Origin: Massalongia carnosa
Lineage: Eukaryota
Length of the DNA stretch: 64,000 nucleotides
Reading direction: 5' to 3'
NCBI GenBank assembly: GCA_965645245.1
Contig: OZ287067.1
Location: 930,001 to 994,000, forward strand
A model generated the notes under the pieces. That model was not told the origin of the DNA. It did not search any database and worked only from the letters and a program-made list of their open reading frames with translations. The first letter of the stretch is position 1, and each line of letters begins with the position of its first letter. The position numbers and the translations under genes are program-made. Positions 36,416 through 47,899 of the stretch are shown piece after piece.

Positions 36416-36766
36416 TGTAGCACGTCGACCTAGATAGAAATCTAATAGGGACTATGTACGAAAACTAGTAAGATGAAGAAAGAAAGCTATGTACAGATCG
36501 CCGGTTAGTAAACACTCATACCCGTGCTAAGCCTAATGCAGGTTTTCATCACCGTCGTTGAACTGCTCATACCACGCGTGTTAATAATGTCGCTACAAGC
36601 AGTGCTAAATCCGTTTTCGGTTAGATAAGGTGAATAGCACTACGTCATTTGCTGCCTGAGGTTAGAGCGTTGTAATCCGTGACATTACCCCCTTCTTTAG
36701 ATCGCGAATCACCTGATCGCGATTAGCGCCGTTCTTGTCAGGTGACGTAATTCCCGTTGACTGTTG

Positions 36767-39700
36767 TCAACCTGGTGCGAAATTCCACCGTGGTTTGCTA
36801 GGATAGCGCAAATAGAAATCCTCCACTACCTCCTTAGCATTTCCAAATCCATTAGCATCGTACCAATCTGGATCTTCCGGATGGTCCTTCCATTTGACTC
36901 GAAATTGCACCTTTCCTCTTCGCCTTCTGGCATCCAGCACGTCATCAACTTCCCATTCTTCCTTACCTTCTATCACTACCGGAGGGGCTGGATCATTGAT
37001 CTGCCCTGGTAATGGATCCTCCGCGGCCTTTCTCAATAGACTAGTGTGGAATACATTATGAATTTTCATCGATTCGGGCAGAGCAAGCCTGCACGATGAC
37101 CCAATCATCTTGTCTATTCGGTACGGTCCGATCATCTTGTGGTCCAGTTTCTTCGAAGTTCTCTCGGTATGGATATTTTTCGTTGACAACCAAACCATAT
37201 CGCCCTCTTCATAGCTGACCTCCTTTCGATTCTGATTAGCCACCCTTTGCTGTCTATCCTGGGACTTCTTCATGTTTTCGTGAACGAACTCCCAGGTTTT
37301 CTTTATCCTTTCGGTGATATTTTGGGCACGTTCCTTAGCTAACCTTTCTCGAGTAGTATCTGCAGATAGATCAACCACATCGAAACTCATCCTTGGTTCA
37401 TATCCCTTTGTGGCCATAAACGGTGTCAACTTGGTGGAGGCCGATTCGCAAGCATTGGCCGCAAACTCCGCCATCGGTAGTAGCATCACCCAATCATCCT
37501 GGAAATAGTTTACATAGCTGCGCAGGTGTCGCTCCATTTCCTGATTGGCTATCTCGCTTTGGCCATCGGTTTCCGGATGAAATGCTGTGGAGAGTTTGGC
37601 CGTTATACCCAGTATTTTGCACATCGTTTTCCAGACCGTCGATACAAACTGCGGTCCCCGATCGGATACTATGCTACTGGGCAACCCATGGTATTTCCAG
37701 ACGTTATTGATCAACAACTTCGCCATTGCTTCGCTCGTAGTTCCATGTTCCTCGGTAGAGCATGGTATGTAATGCCTTTCCTTCGATAATCGATCTACCA
37801 CCATAAGAATCGCATTGAATCCTTCGCCCGACAGTGGAAGGCCCGTTACGAAGTCTAGTGATATATCCTGCCATGGTTGTTCGGGTATAGATAATGGCCT
37901 CAACAAACCATTGTACTTATCTCTAGGTGCTTTCGCGCGTCTGCACACATGACAATTCCGTACATACCGTTTGATATCCGCTTCCATTTTGGGCCAGTAG
38001 TAATTCCGAGTTATCATCTCCAAGGTTCGAGCGACGCCAGGATGCCCTACAGCTGGCTGATCATGAATCTGACGGATTACCTCCAGTTTCAATTCATCCT
38101 GTGCGGGCACCCATAGCTTATTCCGCTTGTATAGCAAGCCGTCCTTGACCTGACAGTCTTTTAACGCCGGCGAGTTTTCCGAGTCTGAATCAAGTCCAGT
38201 GCTTGCAGCACTCAATGCCTGACGCATATTATTGCAATCCTCATCTGTGAAATTGCCCTGCCTTACCTTTTCTTCCAAGGTCTGAACAGTCTCTTCCGTT
38301 TCTGTCTCGATGGGCGCCAGTTCGATGCGATTGCGGGGCAACAGAGTCTGTAGCTGATGCTGTTGGCGTTCGTCCTTCTCATCCTTGGGTTTATCATTGG
38401 GTCTCCGGGTTAGAGCATCAGCCTTTTCATTATTTTTACCCGTTTGATAAACGATGACGAAGTTGAACTCAGATAGGAATTCCGCCCATCTAGCCTGTCG
38501 ACGGGTCAACTTTTTGGTAGTCATGAAAAATTCCAAACTCTTGTGATCGGTGAAGACCTTTATAGGTATTTCTGTGCCTTCCAATTCTGGTCTCCATTGT
38601 TCAAAGCATCGAATGATAGCTAACAGTTCTTTATCGTAGATCTCGTAATTGCACTCGGCCGGGCTCATGTTCTTTGAGAAGAAGGCTACCGGATGCAACT
38701 CGTCATCCTCACCCATTTGGGACAGAATACCCCCACTGACATAATCCGAAGAGTCTGTTTCTAACCAACACTGTAGTTTTGGATCGAAATGAGCAAGAAC
38801 AGGTGCTTCCACCACTCGATCCTTCAGGTCCTGGAACCCCTGAGCGCAAGCTTCGGTCCATTCGAAGATTCTATCCTTCTTGGCCAGTGCATTTAATGGT
38901 CCAGCTAGTTTGGAAAAGCCTCGAATGAAGCGCCGATAGAAGTTGCAAAAACCTATAAATGATCGCACCTCGCGAAGACAGGTAGGAACGCTCCATTCCA
39001 TGATAGCCTTTATCTTTTCCGGGTCCATCTTGATACCATCCGTGCTGATGATCAGGCCCAAATACTTCGTTTCAGTGACGTGGAATTCACACTTATCCAC
39101 ATCGGCTTGAATGCCTGCCTCTCTTAACTTGGTGAGCACTCCCCTTACATGCTGACGGTGTTGTTTCAGATTTCTGCTATAAATCAGAATGTCATCCAGA
39201 TAGGCCGTACAAAATTTGTCTAAGTATTCAAAGAGGACATCATTAATGAAGTGCTGCCACGAAGCCGGTCCTCCAGTCAATCCAAATGGTAACACCTTGT
39301 ATTTATAGGCCCCAAACCGTGAGTTGAAGGTGGTGAGGTCCTCCGACGCAGCCTCCATCCGAAGTTTATGAAAGGCCTGACGAATATCTATTTTGGAGAA
39401 TATTTTAGCCTCTTTCAACTGAGCCAACGTTTCCTCGATCAAAGGTATTGGATAACGATCCTTTTTAGTGATCTGATTCAGCCTTCGGTAATCTACGCAG
39501 AACCGTAATCCACCACTAGGCTTTTTCGCTAACAGAATGGGCGATGAGCATGCGGCATGGCTTGCTTCGATAAAGCCTTTTCTGAGATTGTCTTCTAGAT
39601 ATTTCTTGACAAACTCCAGTTCTTTCTGGGACATGCTCCGAAGAGGACTATATCCATGATCTTTACCCCCTTCGAGCAGTATCTTGTGATCATGCAATCT

Positions 39701-40522
39701 ATGAGGTGACAACGTATCAGAATCTATCTTCGAAAACACGTCCAAAAACTCGTGATACTCCGGCGGCACTACCAACTTTGGATCAGTAGGAGGCCTCGAC
39801 TCCTTATTCAACTGATCGTCTATGTCCTTCATCGAGATCGCATAGACTTTTACCGCCTTACAGTGAGTAAGATATCGGTAGGAGTCTGCACCAATGATGG
39901 CTATATCAACCGGTTTAGATGGTTTCGGATCGATCCTCGGAACTTCCTTTGGGATTGGAGTAGCCTCCGGTTTATCTTCCATGATAGATCGACGCAATAT
40001 CCTTCGGGGTGAGATCACTGTAGTCAACTCCTCATCCGTCGATTTTTTATCGATCGTTTCCAGTTTCCTAGGAGGTTCTATCAACTTAGGAGCACCCGGG
40101 TGGGTGCAGTGTCCAGGCCAGAACATGATTTTATCGCAACTCATGTCCAGAATGACTCCATGCTTTCGCATCCATGGTTTTCCTAGTATCATTTTATGCT
40201 GCCCCAGCTGTGTAATCAACAGAGGCGAGATTGTTTCCCTATGATTCTGCACGGTGAGGGTAGGATAGATGGCGTGGGTGATAGGTTTACCCAAGCGGCC
40301 ATCGAAACCTCTCACCGGCTTCGGTTTCGTCAATCGCTGCGGTGATAGTTGCAGTCGTTCACAAATCGTGCGCACCATCTTTTCATCAATAAAAGCATGT
40401 CCTGTAGCACCAGTGTCTAACAGAGTAACAAGCTCTATTTCTTCCTGATTGCCTAGTTTACATGAAGTAACAAGAGGTTCATCGGTAAACAAATCACCAG
40501 GCAAACAAGAGGATGAGATCAA
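36767..40522 (-). CDS. pol: G Pol (PR-RT-RH-IN-chromodomain)
   Basis: LLDTGA, YLDD, ETDSSDY, DDE, EWEVDDVLD; in the -1 frame from A_AAA_AAA at 40579-40573, followed by a hairpin. Confidence 0.96.
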   Translation of the reverse strand: MISSSCLPGDLFTDEPLVTSCKLGNQEEIELVTLLDTGATGHAFIDEKMVRTICERLQLSPQRLTKPKPVRGFDGRLGKPITHAIYPTLTVQNHRETISPLLITQLGQHKMILGKPWMRKHGVILDMSCDKIMFWPGHCTHPGAPKLIEPPRKLETIDKKSTDEELTTVISPRRILRRSIMEDKPEATPIPKEVPRIDPKPSKPVDIAIIGADSYRYLTHCKAVKVYAISMKDIDDQLNKESRPPTDPKLVVPPEYHEFLDVFSKIDSDTLSPHRLHDHKILLEGGKDHGYSPLRSMSQKELEFVKKYLEDNLRKGFIEASHAACSSPILLAKKPSGGLRFCVDYRRLNQITKKDRYPIPLIEETLAQLKEAKIFSKIDIRQAFHKLRMEAASEDLTTFNSRFGAYKYKVLPFGLTGGPASWQHFINDVLFEYLDKFCTAYLDDILIYSRNLKQHRQHVRGVLTKLREAGIQADVDKCEFHVTETKYLGLIISTDGIKMDPEKIKAIMEWSVPTCLREVRSFIGFCNFYRRFIRGFSKLAGPLNALAKKDRIFEWTEACAQGFQDLKDRVVEAPVLAHFDPKLQCWLETDSSDYVSGGILSQMGEDDELHPVAFFSKNMSPAECNYEIYDKELLAIIRCFEQWRPELEGTEIPIKVFTDHKSLEFFMTTKKLTRRQARWAEFLSEFNFVIVYQTGKNNEKADALTRRPNDKPKDEKDERQQHQLQTLLPRNRIELAPIETETEETVQTLEEKVRQGNFTDEDCNNMRQALSAASTGLDSDSENSPALKDCQVKDGLLYKRNKLWVPAQDELKLEVIRQIHDQPAVGHPGVARTLEMITRNYYWPKMEADIKRYVRNCHVCRRAKAPRDKYNGLLRPLSIPEQPWQDISLDFVTGLPLSGEGFNAILMVVDRLSKERHYIPCSTEEHGTTSEAMAKLLINNVWKYHGLPSSIVSDRGPQFVSTVWKTMCKILGITAKLSTAFHPETDGQSEIANQEMERHLRSYVNYFQDDWVMLLPMAEFAANACESASTKLTPFMATKGYEPRMSFDVVDLSADTTRERLAKERAQNITERIKKTWEFVHENMKKSQDRQQRVANQNRKEVSYEEGDMVWLSTKNIHTERTSKKLDHKMIGPYRIDKMIGSSCRLALPESMKIHNVFHTSLLRKAAEDPLPGQINDPAPPVVIEGKEEWEVDDVLDARRRRGKVQFRVKWKDHPEDPDWYDANGFGNAKEVVEDFYLRYPSKPRWNFAPG

Positions 40523-40566
40523 AAGAGGTTTATCATCGTCATCTCCACTCGCGTCTTCGAGGGAGA

Positions 40567-41843
40567 TCAGTCTTTTTTTGACTTCGGCTCAACATCTAAC
40601 TCGTTAATGATGGCTGTCATCTTTGATTTCTTTTTAGGACAGTCCCTTGAGGGATGTCCGACCTCCTTGCAATTGAAGCACTTCCCTTCCCTGCTCAACC
40701 GCTCCCGTTCCGACTCCGATAGATAGGATCCTACGGTCCAGGACGACAAGGTCGATGGCGATGAAGGGGCACGAGACTCGGTGCGAGCATTTGGTGCCAC
40801 ATAGGTTTTGCTTTCGGTGGTAGCGGTAGGGGTGTTCGCCGGGACCACTACACTGGTTGGTTTTTTTCCTTCGGCAAAGCGTTCCATCCTAGCCTTGCTA
40901 CGATCCACATCCTTCAGAGCCTGATACATGCGCTGGCAACGCTGAGCGAACGCATATAGGTCGGTTGGTTCGTGATCGCCGGTGGCTAGCTGACGGCGCA
41001 TATCTAGGTTGAGCTTGTGTTTCAACTCACCGATAGGGTAGCCTCATTGTGATCCAACTCGGCGGCCAAACGCTGAAACTCCGCCCAAAAGGTATTGAAG
41101 TCCTTTTGACCCTGTCGCAGAGAACGGAATAGGTTCATGGCAGTCTGTTTGCGGTTCGGATCTCCATAAATTCGTTCCAAATGATCAAACATTTCCTCTG
41201 CAGTAAGAAAAGGTTTGATAGCATTTTTTCGGAGACGAGGTTCCAAATGGCCCATAGCCTCTCCGCCGACTCGGTTTTCCACATAGGCCTTTTTAAATAG
41301 CTCGGTAGGCATATGGTCTTCATTAGCTGCTAATTTGCTGCGCATTTTAGTCAACCAATGATCGATACTCGGTTCTTTTCCATCGATAAAAACCGGTGGG
41401 TCGGGAAGTTTCATCGACTTCCATAAAGATTCTTCGCTCTGATTGGATCGTGCAGGGGAGCCCTGCAGGTCATGTGGAGGTGGAAATGGTGGTGGTGCAT
41501 TACTCCCTGCAGGTGCAGTAGCTGCGGCCATCCGCCGAGCCTCTTCAAGTTCTTCCTTCTGGTATTCAATCATACCTGCTTGGCGATTGATTTTGATCTG
41601 ACTATCTTCTAAACTAAGCACAAGCTTATTATGTTCCACCACGACCTCCTCATAGTCTGACTTCATGTCTCGTATTATAGCCAAAACTGTTTCTGCATCC
41701 TCCTGCACCCAGTGCCGAAGATGTTGTACTGTTTCTATCCTCCATGGTGAGTCAGCCCCGGGGCCTTCTTCACCGATGTCTATGGGCGGGATGAGAGACT
41801 CCCGTTGATAGTAGGTGGGTGTTTCGTTCGCGGATCTAGCCAT
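40567..41843 (-). pseudogene. gag: G Gag with an apparent 1-bp deletion near 41033
   Basis: ORFs 41022-41843 and 40567-41025 form one Gag (knuckle CFNCKEVGHPSRDC) if one base is restored. Confidence 0.85.
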
Positions 41844-42908
41844 TTCTATCGCTCTTCCTTACTCGGCTCTGTTGAGTATAGTCCAGTTTCGTTCGTGTTC
41901 GGATTGTTATCGGATCTACTATCATATGCTGAGGATAGTCCTAGGATTTCGGATCTGGTTCGTGTTTCGGGTGCTGACTGTGTAAGAGTCAGACCTGGCG
42001 ATTATCAGACACCAGGCCTAGGGATATGTGACAATGTGAAGACACTAATGATTTGCTATACTAATATACTAAAAGAAGTATGTAGGTAAAGCGGAAGACT
42101 AATCGTTGAAGATTGCATCTCCCTCGAGCAGCCTCCTTATATACCCGGACCGAAGCCCTTGACCCTCTGGGCCCTTGATACTGTAACTATCTTGACCGCC
42201 CATTACTCCTACCGGATAAGCCGGCTAAACACTCTGCTGACTGCATCGTGGACACTGTGCTGACTGTATCGTGGACACTGTGCTGACTGTATCGTACCAT
42301 CCGCTCACTAATCGTACGAGCATCCTCGTATATCTCGATCGCTCGTACTATACTCTCGGCAGTAGATACCAGCCGCGTAACGCAGACCAACTGCTTTTCC
42401 ATATGACTAAGCCTAGCCGTAGAACTAAGCCCCGCTTAGTTAGCTTAGCCCTTATTCCTTCTATGCCCTGACAATTGCCTCCTCTCCTATAGTGCTGGTC
42501 CTCCAGCACGTACAGTACTCGAACGCGGAAGGGAGTGTGTAGGGACGTGATAGAAGATGTCGTGTAGATAGCAAGTTTGTTGTGTAGAAAGCGCGAATAC
42601 CTGGCGCTTGACGTAGGTAGATGTAAATATCACTAGCTTCTCGGTAATGCTGGGTCGCCGATGCCGCTCCAAGCGCTAGAAGTAGCGGAGAAGGGGACGA
42701 TGGCGATTATCAGCAGAGATCCGAGCTCGGTAACGCTAGCGTTGGTGGTTTGTTGATTTAGGTGAAGACGGTGAGGAGTACGAGACTGTTGTCTCCGAAA
42801 GCTCCTCCAGCGAGAGTCTCAAGGAAGAAAAGGGTGATGAGGAGTCGGACGAGGAAGTAGAAGGTTCCGATGGTGATGAGATGGCGAATAAGAAGTGTTT
42901 CGCTGGAT

Positions 42909-45900
42909 TCAGCGAGTAACCTGTAGTTTCTTGATTCGCCTGCGCTTTGCTTTCGGCTTTGCATCGAAATCCTGCTTCAGTTCTAAGGCTCCATCCAGAT
43001 CTTTCTCTGGTACCCACTCATCATATTCTTCAGGGTATCCTACCCATTTTACCTTATAGAATATTTCCCCTTTCTCAGACCTTCTACCTATAATTTCTTC
43101 CACTTCCCATTCCTGTTCATCGTTAATAATTTCAGGTGGGGGTAGAAACGGTATATGCTCTTGACCATCTCTTCGCTTGTAAGGTTCTAGGTAAGAGACA
43201 TGAAAGACCGGGTGAATTCTATAAGTCGTAGGAAGAGCAAGACGATATGCCTGCTTGCCGACTGCTTCTAGAATGCGAAAAGGACCTAAAAACTTATGTG
43301 AAAGTTTTTTACTAGGCCTTTTTTGTTTTAGATTCTTGGCAGATAACATTACCAAGTCCCCTTCATTGAAATCTTTCTCAAGATGTTTCTTGTTGTAGTA
43401 CTTGGCCTGCGCTTCGGATACGCTTTTCCAGCGTGCCTCTAAAGAATATCTGAACTCGTGTAATTGCTTTACTCGTTCTTTCGCAGCGGGCACCCTCTCC
43501 ACAGCGATGTCGTCCCCGACTTCGTAGCGAATCTCCGGGTTATAGCCGTACATACAATAAAAGGGGCTGCACCCAAGCGTACTTTGATAACTGACTTGGT
43601 AGACAAATTGTGCTAGGGGCAATAGTGCCACCCAGTTGGATTGATTGTCAGTGCAGTAAACTCTCAAATAGTGTTCAAGGGTCTGGTTTTGTCGTTCGGT
43701 TTGGCCATCAGTTTGAGGGTGAAAGGCCGTGCTAAGCCGGCGTTTCGTCTTTAAATGAAAACAAATTTCTGACCAGTACTCACTGGTAAAGACCGACCCT
43801 CTATCCGATACTATGCCCTCAGGAGCGCCGAACTGTAATACTACCGATTCAAACAGAATTTCTGCAAGGTCCACTGCATTGATTTTTTTCGTAACCGGGA
43901 TGTATAGCGCCATTTTGGTATATCTATCCACAATTACTAGGCACGAGTCATAAACCCGGCCGAAACGCTTGCTAGGTGGAAACCCAGTTATGAAATCCAT
44001 AGTGATTTCTTTCCAAGGACCGGAAGGACGTGGAAGCGATTGCATAACCCCGTAAGGTCGGTGCCTAGGCGCCTTCGTCCTTTGACAAATGTCGCAGGAT
44101 TCCGTGTACTTCTTCACAGTCTTGTTAAGTCCTTTCCAATAGTATTTGCGGGTAAGCAACTCAGCTGTTTTCTCCGCACCAAAATGACCCGCGAGCTCGT
44201 CGTCATGATGACGCCGCAACAGCTCCGCACGAATAGATTCTTCATCGGGCACGTAAATTCTGCCACGATGATTGAGAAGATCATTGCTATCTATAGTCCA
44301 AATTGCTTCGGGGGAGCGACCACCCTTGCGCTTCAAAGACTTAGCAACGGTCTCTCGCCTGCTAGACACGAATGCGTCTTTCCCCTGTAGCGCCTTGATG
44401 AGTTCAAGCACTGACTTGGAAACACTTTCCAAAGGCTTTTCTTCATCTGATAAGGCAACAGCTACAGCCCGGGGAATACATTGCGTCAAGCCGACTTCAA
44501 AAGTATCACTCTCTTCGTCAAGAGAAGTAATTGATTTAGAGGTTTCACCCTCTAAATTCTCCAGGGGTTCAATCCCGGACGAAGCTATCTTTGAGCGAAG
44601 ATCATACCTAAGTGCGGCAAGCACCGTACGAATCCCCGGCGTATAACCTACGCATAAGGAATCTATTTTGCTCAGCTTCTTTTGAAGAGTAGGCAACAAT
44701 CTCGTCACCTCGGTGTTGATGCTCTGATAATCAGGGCGCCTAGACGGTGCATCGGCAGGATTGGTCTTTCCCGAGCGATGCATGATTACGAAATCATAAG
44801 CGGCTAATTTCATAGCCCATCGCGCTTGCCGACCACTCAACACCTTAATATTCATAAAACCCCTCAAATTGTTGTGGTCTGTCAGGACCTCAACGGGGTG
44901 CAGGCTACCCTCCAGGTAATGCCTCCAGTGTTTAAAACACATCACAATGGCCAGCAACTCTTGATCATGGGTTTCATAGTTGCGCTCGGCCGGTATCATC
45001 TTCCGCGAGTAGAAAGCGACGGGATGCCATTGCCCATCCTTCTGCAACTGGGAGATAATGCCAGAGATTCCGAAATCCGATGCATCGGTCTCTAGGCGAA
45101 TGAGCAGTTCTGGATCGAAGTGAACCAAGATGGGCGCGCCCTGAAAGGCTTCTTTCAGCTTGCTAAACGCTTCCGCTCCTTCGGCCGTAAGATAAAAAGT
45201 ACCCCTTTTTATCCCAGCCTGCATGCCTTTCAGCATGTCAGTCAATGGCCTAGTGATTTGAGAATAATGACGTATGAAACGTCGATAGAAATTGGCGAAT
45301 CCTAGAAAGACCTGAATGTCTCGAAAGGACTGAAGTGCAGGCCAATCCCGCACGGTTTCAACCCGGCGTGGATCCATGGAGATACCATCGCTGCTAATGA
45401 TAAACCCTAGATATTCCACGGCCGCAGCAAAGAACTCGCACTTTTTAAGATTTGCATAGAGATCGTGTTTCCTTAGACGACGTAACACCTCTTTAACATG
45501 CTCCACATGGCTGGTTCTATCTTTGGAAAATACCAATATATCGTCCAGATAGACTACGCAGAAAACATCCACGATCCCAGATAAAGCTTTATTGATGTAA
45601 GCTTGAAAAGTTGCAGGGGCGTTGGCTAATCCAAAAGGCATAACCATATACTCGTAGTGTCCGTAACGGGATCGAAATGCCGTCTTCCACTCGTCGCCCT
45701 TGCGGATTCGGAGACGATGATAAGCATCTCGCAAATCCATTTTGGTAAAATAGGAACACCCGTTTAACTGATCCAGTATCTGCGTGATAAGAGGGAGCGG
45801 ATGACGATTCTTTTTGGTCACCTTATTCAATCCTCGATAGTCAACGCAGAGGCGCAGAGTACCGTCCTTCTTAGGCACAAATAGTATTGGTGCACCTGCA

Positions 45901-46592
45901 GAACTGGTGGAGTGCCGGATCCAACCCTTCGCCAGGGCGTCGTCAAGATATTCCCGAAGAGTCTTAAGCTCCGTATTCGATAAGTTGTATAAAGGACCAT
46001 AAGGTGGATCACCGCCTTCTAAATCGATAGCGTGGTCACAGTCCTTGTGCGTAGCTAATTGATTGGCTCTGTCCTTAGAAAAAACATCCTGGAATTCAGC
46101 AAATTCCACAGGTATCCCCTGCGTTTCGTTGGTGTTCCGGCTGTTGTTCTCATCAACAGCGCCAACATTAACAGGTTGTCTTTCGGAAGAAGGTGCAATG
46201 GGTTGAGCCACTATAGCATAGAGTGGTGCCCCGGAATCCAGGGTCTTCGCAAACTGTTTAGGCTTGCACAACTCGAACATATCAGACTGAAAGCCATAAC
46301 GCCAGCGCTTCGCTCCATAATCGATTACGATACCCAGCTGTTTGAGACCAGGGAGACCCAACACCAAGTCAGGGCCCTGTTTGTCAATTGCGTAAAACAC
46401 GCTGGTAAAGGTGCGCTGTCGTTCCCAAGTATCCTCGAGAGCCATTACTACCTCATAAGCTTCATAGCAGTAAACCTCTTTACCATCCATGAATTGAGGA
46501 GCAGGTAGTTCGCTTTCAATAGGTCTAAGATCTGAAGCGACGGCGAATCCCTGATTAATCACATTAATCTCGGCTGCTCCATCAAGCAACAC
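42909..46592 (-). CDS. pol: H Pol (PR-RT-RH-IN-chromodomain)
   Basis: YLDD, ETDASDF, HHCC/DDE, EWEVEEII; the -1 frame is open from G_GGA_AAA at 46673-46667. Confidence 0.96.
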   Translation of the reverse strand: MLLDGAAEINVINQGFAVASDLRPIESELPAPQFMDGKEVYCYEAYEVVMALEDTWERQRTFTSVFYAIDKQGPDLVLGLPGLKQLGIVIDYGAKRWRYGFQSDMFELCKPKQFAKTLDSGAPLYAIVAQPIAPSSERQPVNVGAVDENNSRNTNETQGIPVEFAEFQDVFSKDRANQLATHKDCDHAIDLEGGDPPYGPLYNLSNTELKTLREYLDDALAKGWIRHSTSSAGAPILFVPKKDGTLRLCVDYRGLNKVTKKNRHPLPLITQILDQLNGCSYFTKMDLRDAYHRLRIRKGDEWKTAFRSRYGHYEYMVMPFGLANAPATFQAYINKALSGIVDVFCVVYLDDILVFSKDRTSHVEHVKEVLRRLRKHDLYANLKKCEFFAAAVEYLGFIISSDGISMDPRRVETVRDWPALQSFRDIQVFLGFANFYRRFIRHYSQITRPLTDMLKGMQAGIKRGTFYLTAEGAEAFSKLKEAFQGAPILVHFDPELLIRLETDASDFGISGIISQLQKDGQWHPVAFYSRKMIPAERNYETHDQELLAIVMCFKHWRHYLEGSLHPVEVLTDHNNLRGFMNIKVLSGRQARWAMKLAAYDFVIMHRSGKTNPADAPSRRPDYQSINTEVTRLLPTLQKKLSKIDSLCVGYTPGIRTVLAALRYDLRSKIASSGIEPLENLEGETSKSITSLDEESDTFEVGLTQCIPRAVAVALSDEEKPLESVSKSVLELIKALQGKDAFVSSRRETVAKSLKRKGGRSPEAIWTIDSNDLLNHRGRIYVPDEESIRAELLRRHHDDELAGHFGAEKTAELLTRKYYWKGLNKTVKKYTESCDICQRTKAPRHRPYGVMQSLPRPSGPWKEITMDFITGFPPSKRFGRVYDSCLVIVDRYTKMALYIPVTKKINAVDLAEILFESVVLQFGAPEGIVSDRGSVFTSEYWSEICFHLKTKRRLSTAFHPQTDGQTERQNQTLEHYLRVYCTDNQSNWVALLPLAQFVYQVSYQSTLGCSPFYCMYGYNPEIRYEVGDDIAVERVPAAKERVKQLHEFRYSLEARWKSVSEAQAKYYNKKHLEKDFNEGDLVMLSAKNLKQKRPSKKLSHKFLGPFRILEAVGKQAYRLALPTTYRIHPVFHVSYLEPYKRRDGQEHIPFLPPPEIINDEQEWEVEEIIGRRSEKGEIFYKVKWVGYPEEYDEWVPEKDLDGALELKQDFDAKPKAKRRRIKKLQVTR

Positions 46593-46657
46593 TGTCGCCG
46601 GGTATTTTTGGCCTCCGCTCGTTATAGTCCCCTTAGGAATTAGGCTTGGCTCGCTTT

Positions 46658-47899
46658 CTACTGATCTTTTCCCTCCATCGGCTGGCGAGCTTTTCGTGGA
46701 GGTTTGGCTTTTCCCGACTTTGCGACGGCGTTCACACCGTGCTTCGGCTCCTTGTCGTCTTTAGGAGGGTTGGGACACTTGTTGGCGTAGTGACCCTGTT
46801 CTCCGCAGCGATAACATGTCACCTCGTCGGTACTTTCCTTTGTCTCAGCATGCTTTCTTTTCTGACCCCTTTTACCGTCTTTCGTAGGTTTTGGTTTGTC
46901 AGTGTCCTTTATCTCCTCGTTCCTCTTATCTCTATGTGATTTAGTGCGAGGGGGGTGAGAACCATTTGGACGCTCATGCTTCGACGTCGTTAAGACATCG
47001 TTTTCTCTTTTCTGATTGTTTTCCAGCCTACTGGCCAGAGTCACCAGAGCTTCTCTAGTCCTTGGAATATTCTGATAGTTGCCTATAGCTGCTCTAATAG
47101 ACGGCCGCAACTTAGTAAACAGATGAGTCGCTCTTTGTTCTTCGGTATAGGAGGGCAACTGGTCCTCGAGGCTACTCAAGTGCGCCTCGAAAGCTCTTAC
47201 CGTTTGCTTCTCTCCTTGCTTGGCTTCGGCAAATAATTGGGCCATATGCAGACCTCGATTAACTGGGTCCTCGACAATATTTAACAAGAATTTCAAGTAC
47301 TCTTCGAAGGTATAATTGTGCATTTCACCGTCTGCCTCATATCGATGCCAAGCTTCCTTAGGCTCCCCTTCCAGCGATTGCATTGCGAAAGCGATCTTGG
47401 ATTCATCATCTGGGAAGTCCTCTTTTGCCACGCGAAACGCCACTCTGCAGTTCCGCTCATAATCCAGATGTTCCTTGACCGTTTTTCCATGATAGGGACT
47501 GACTTTCTCGGGTCTAGCAGCGCGTCTCCTGTAAACAACAACAGGTACTGACTGGCTACTCGTCATCTCTACATCGTCGTCAGAACGAGGGTTAATGGCT
47601 CCTCTCATTACCGGTTCCTTGGATGATCCGGTAGGGTTTGGAGGTTTCGAAGGCTTTTGAGTTTGTTCTTGCAGTTGCTCAATACTGGCTTTCAAATTCC
47701 TCAGACGTACTTCCTTCTTAAGTTCGCTACGCCTGCGCTCAGCTTGCGCTATCTGTTCGTCCAACGTCAGGGGTTGAATGGGTTCGACTACTTTTTCCAT
47801 TGGGGTCAGGGCTCCTCTTCCAGGGCCCTCAGAATCCGAAAGTTCTTCGATCCGCTCTTCCGGCATCATGGTATCAGAGGCAACTTCTTGCGCGGACAT
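46658..47899 (-). CDS. gag: H Gag
   Basis: 413 aa; CYRCGEQGHYANKC knuckle. Confidence 0.94.
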   Translation of the reverse strand: MSAQEVASDTMMPEERIEELSDSEGPGRGALTPMEKVVEPIQPLTLDEQIAQAERRRSELKKEVRLRNLKASIEQLQEQTQKPSKPPNPTGSSKEPVMRGAINPRSDDDVEMTSSQSVPVVVYRRRAARPEKVSPYHGKTVKEHLDYERNCRVAFRVAKEDFPDDESKIAFAMQSLEGEPKEAWHRYEADGEMHNYTFEEYLKFLLNIVEDPVNRGLHMAQLFAEAKQGEKQTVRAFEAHLSSLEDQLPSYTEEQRATHLFTKLRPSIRAAIGNYQNIPRTREALVTLASRLENNQKRENDVLTTSKHERPNGSHPPRTKSHRDKRNEEIKDTDKPKPTKDGKRGQKRKHAETKESTDEVTCYRCGEQGHYANKCPNPPKDDKEPKHGVNAVAKSGKAKPPRKARQPMEGKDQ

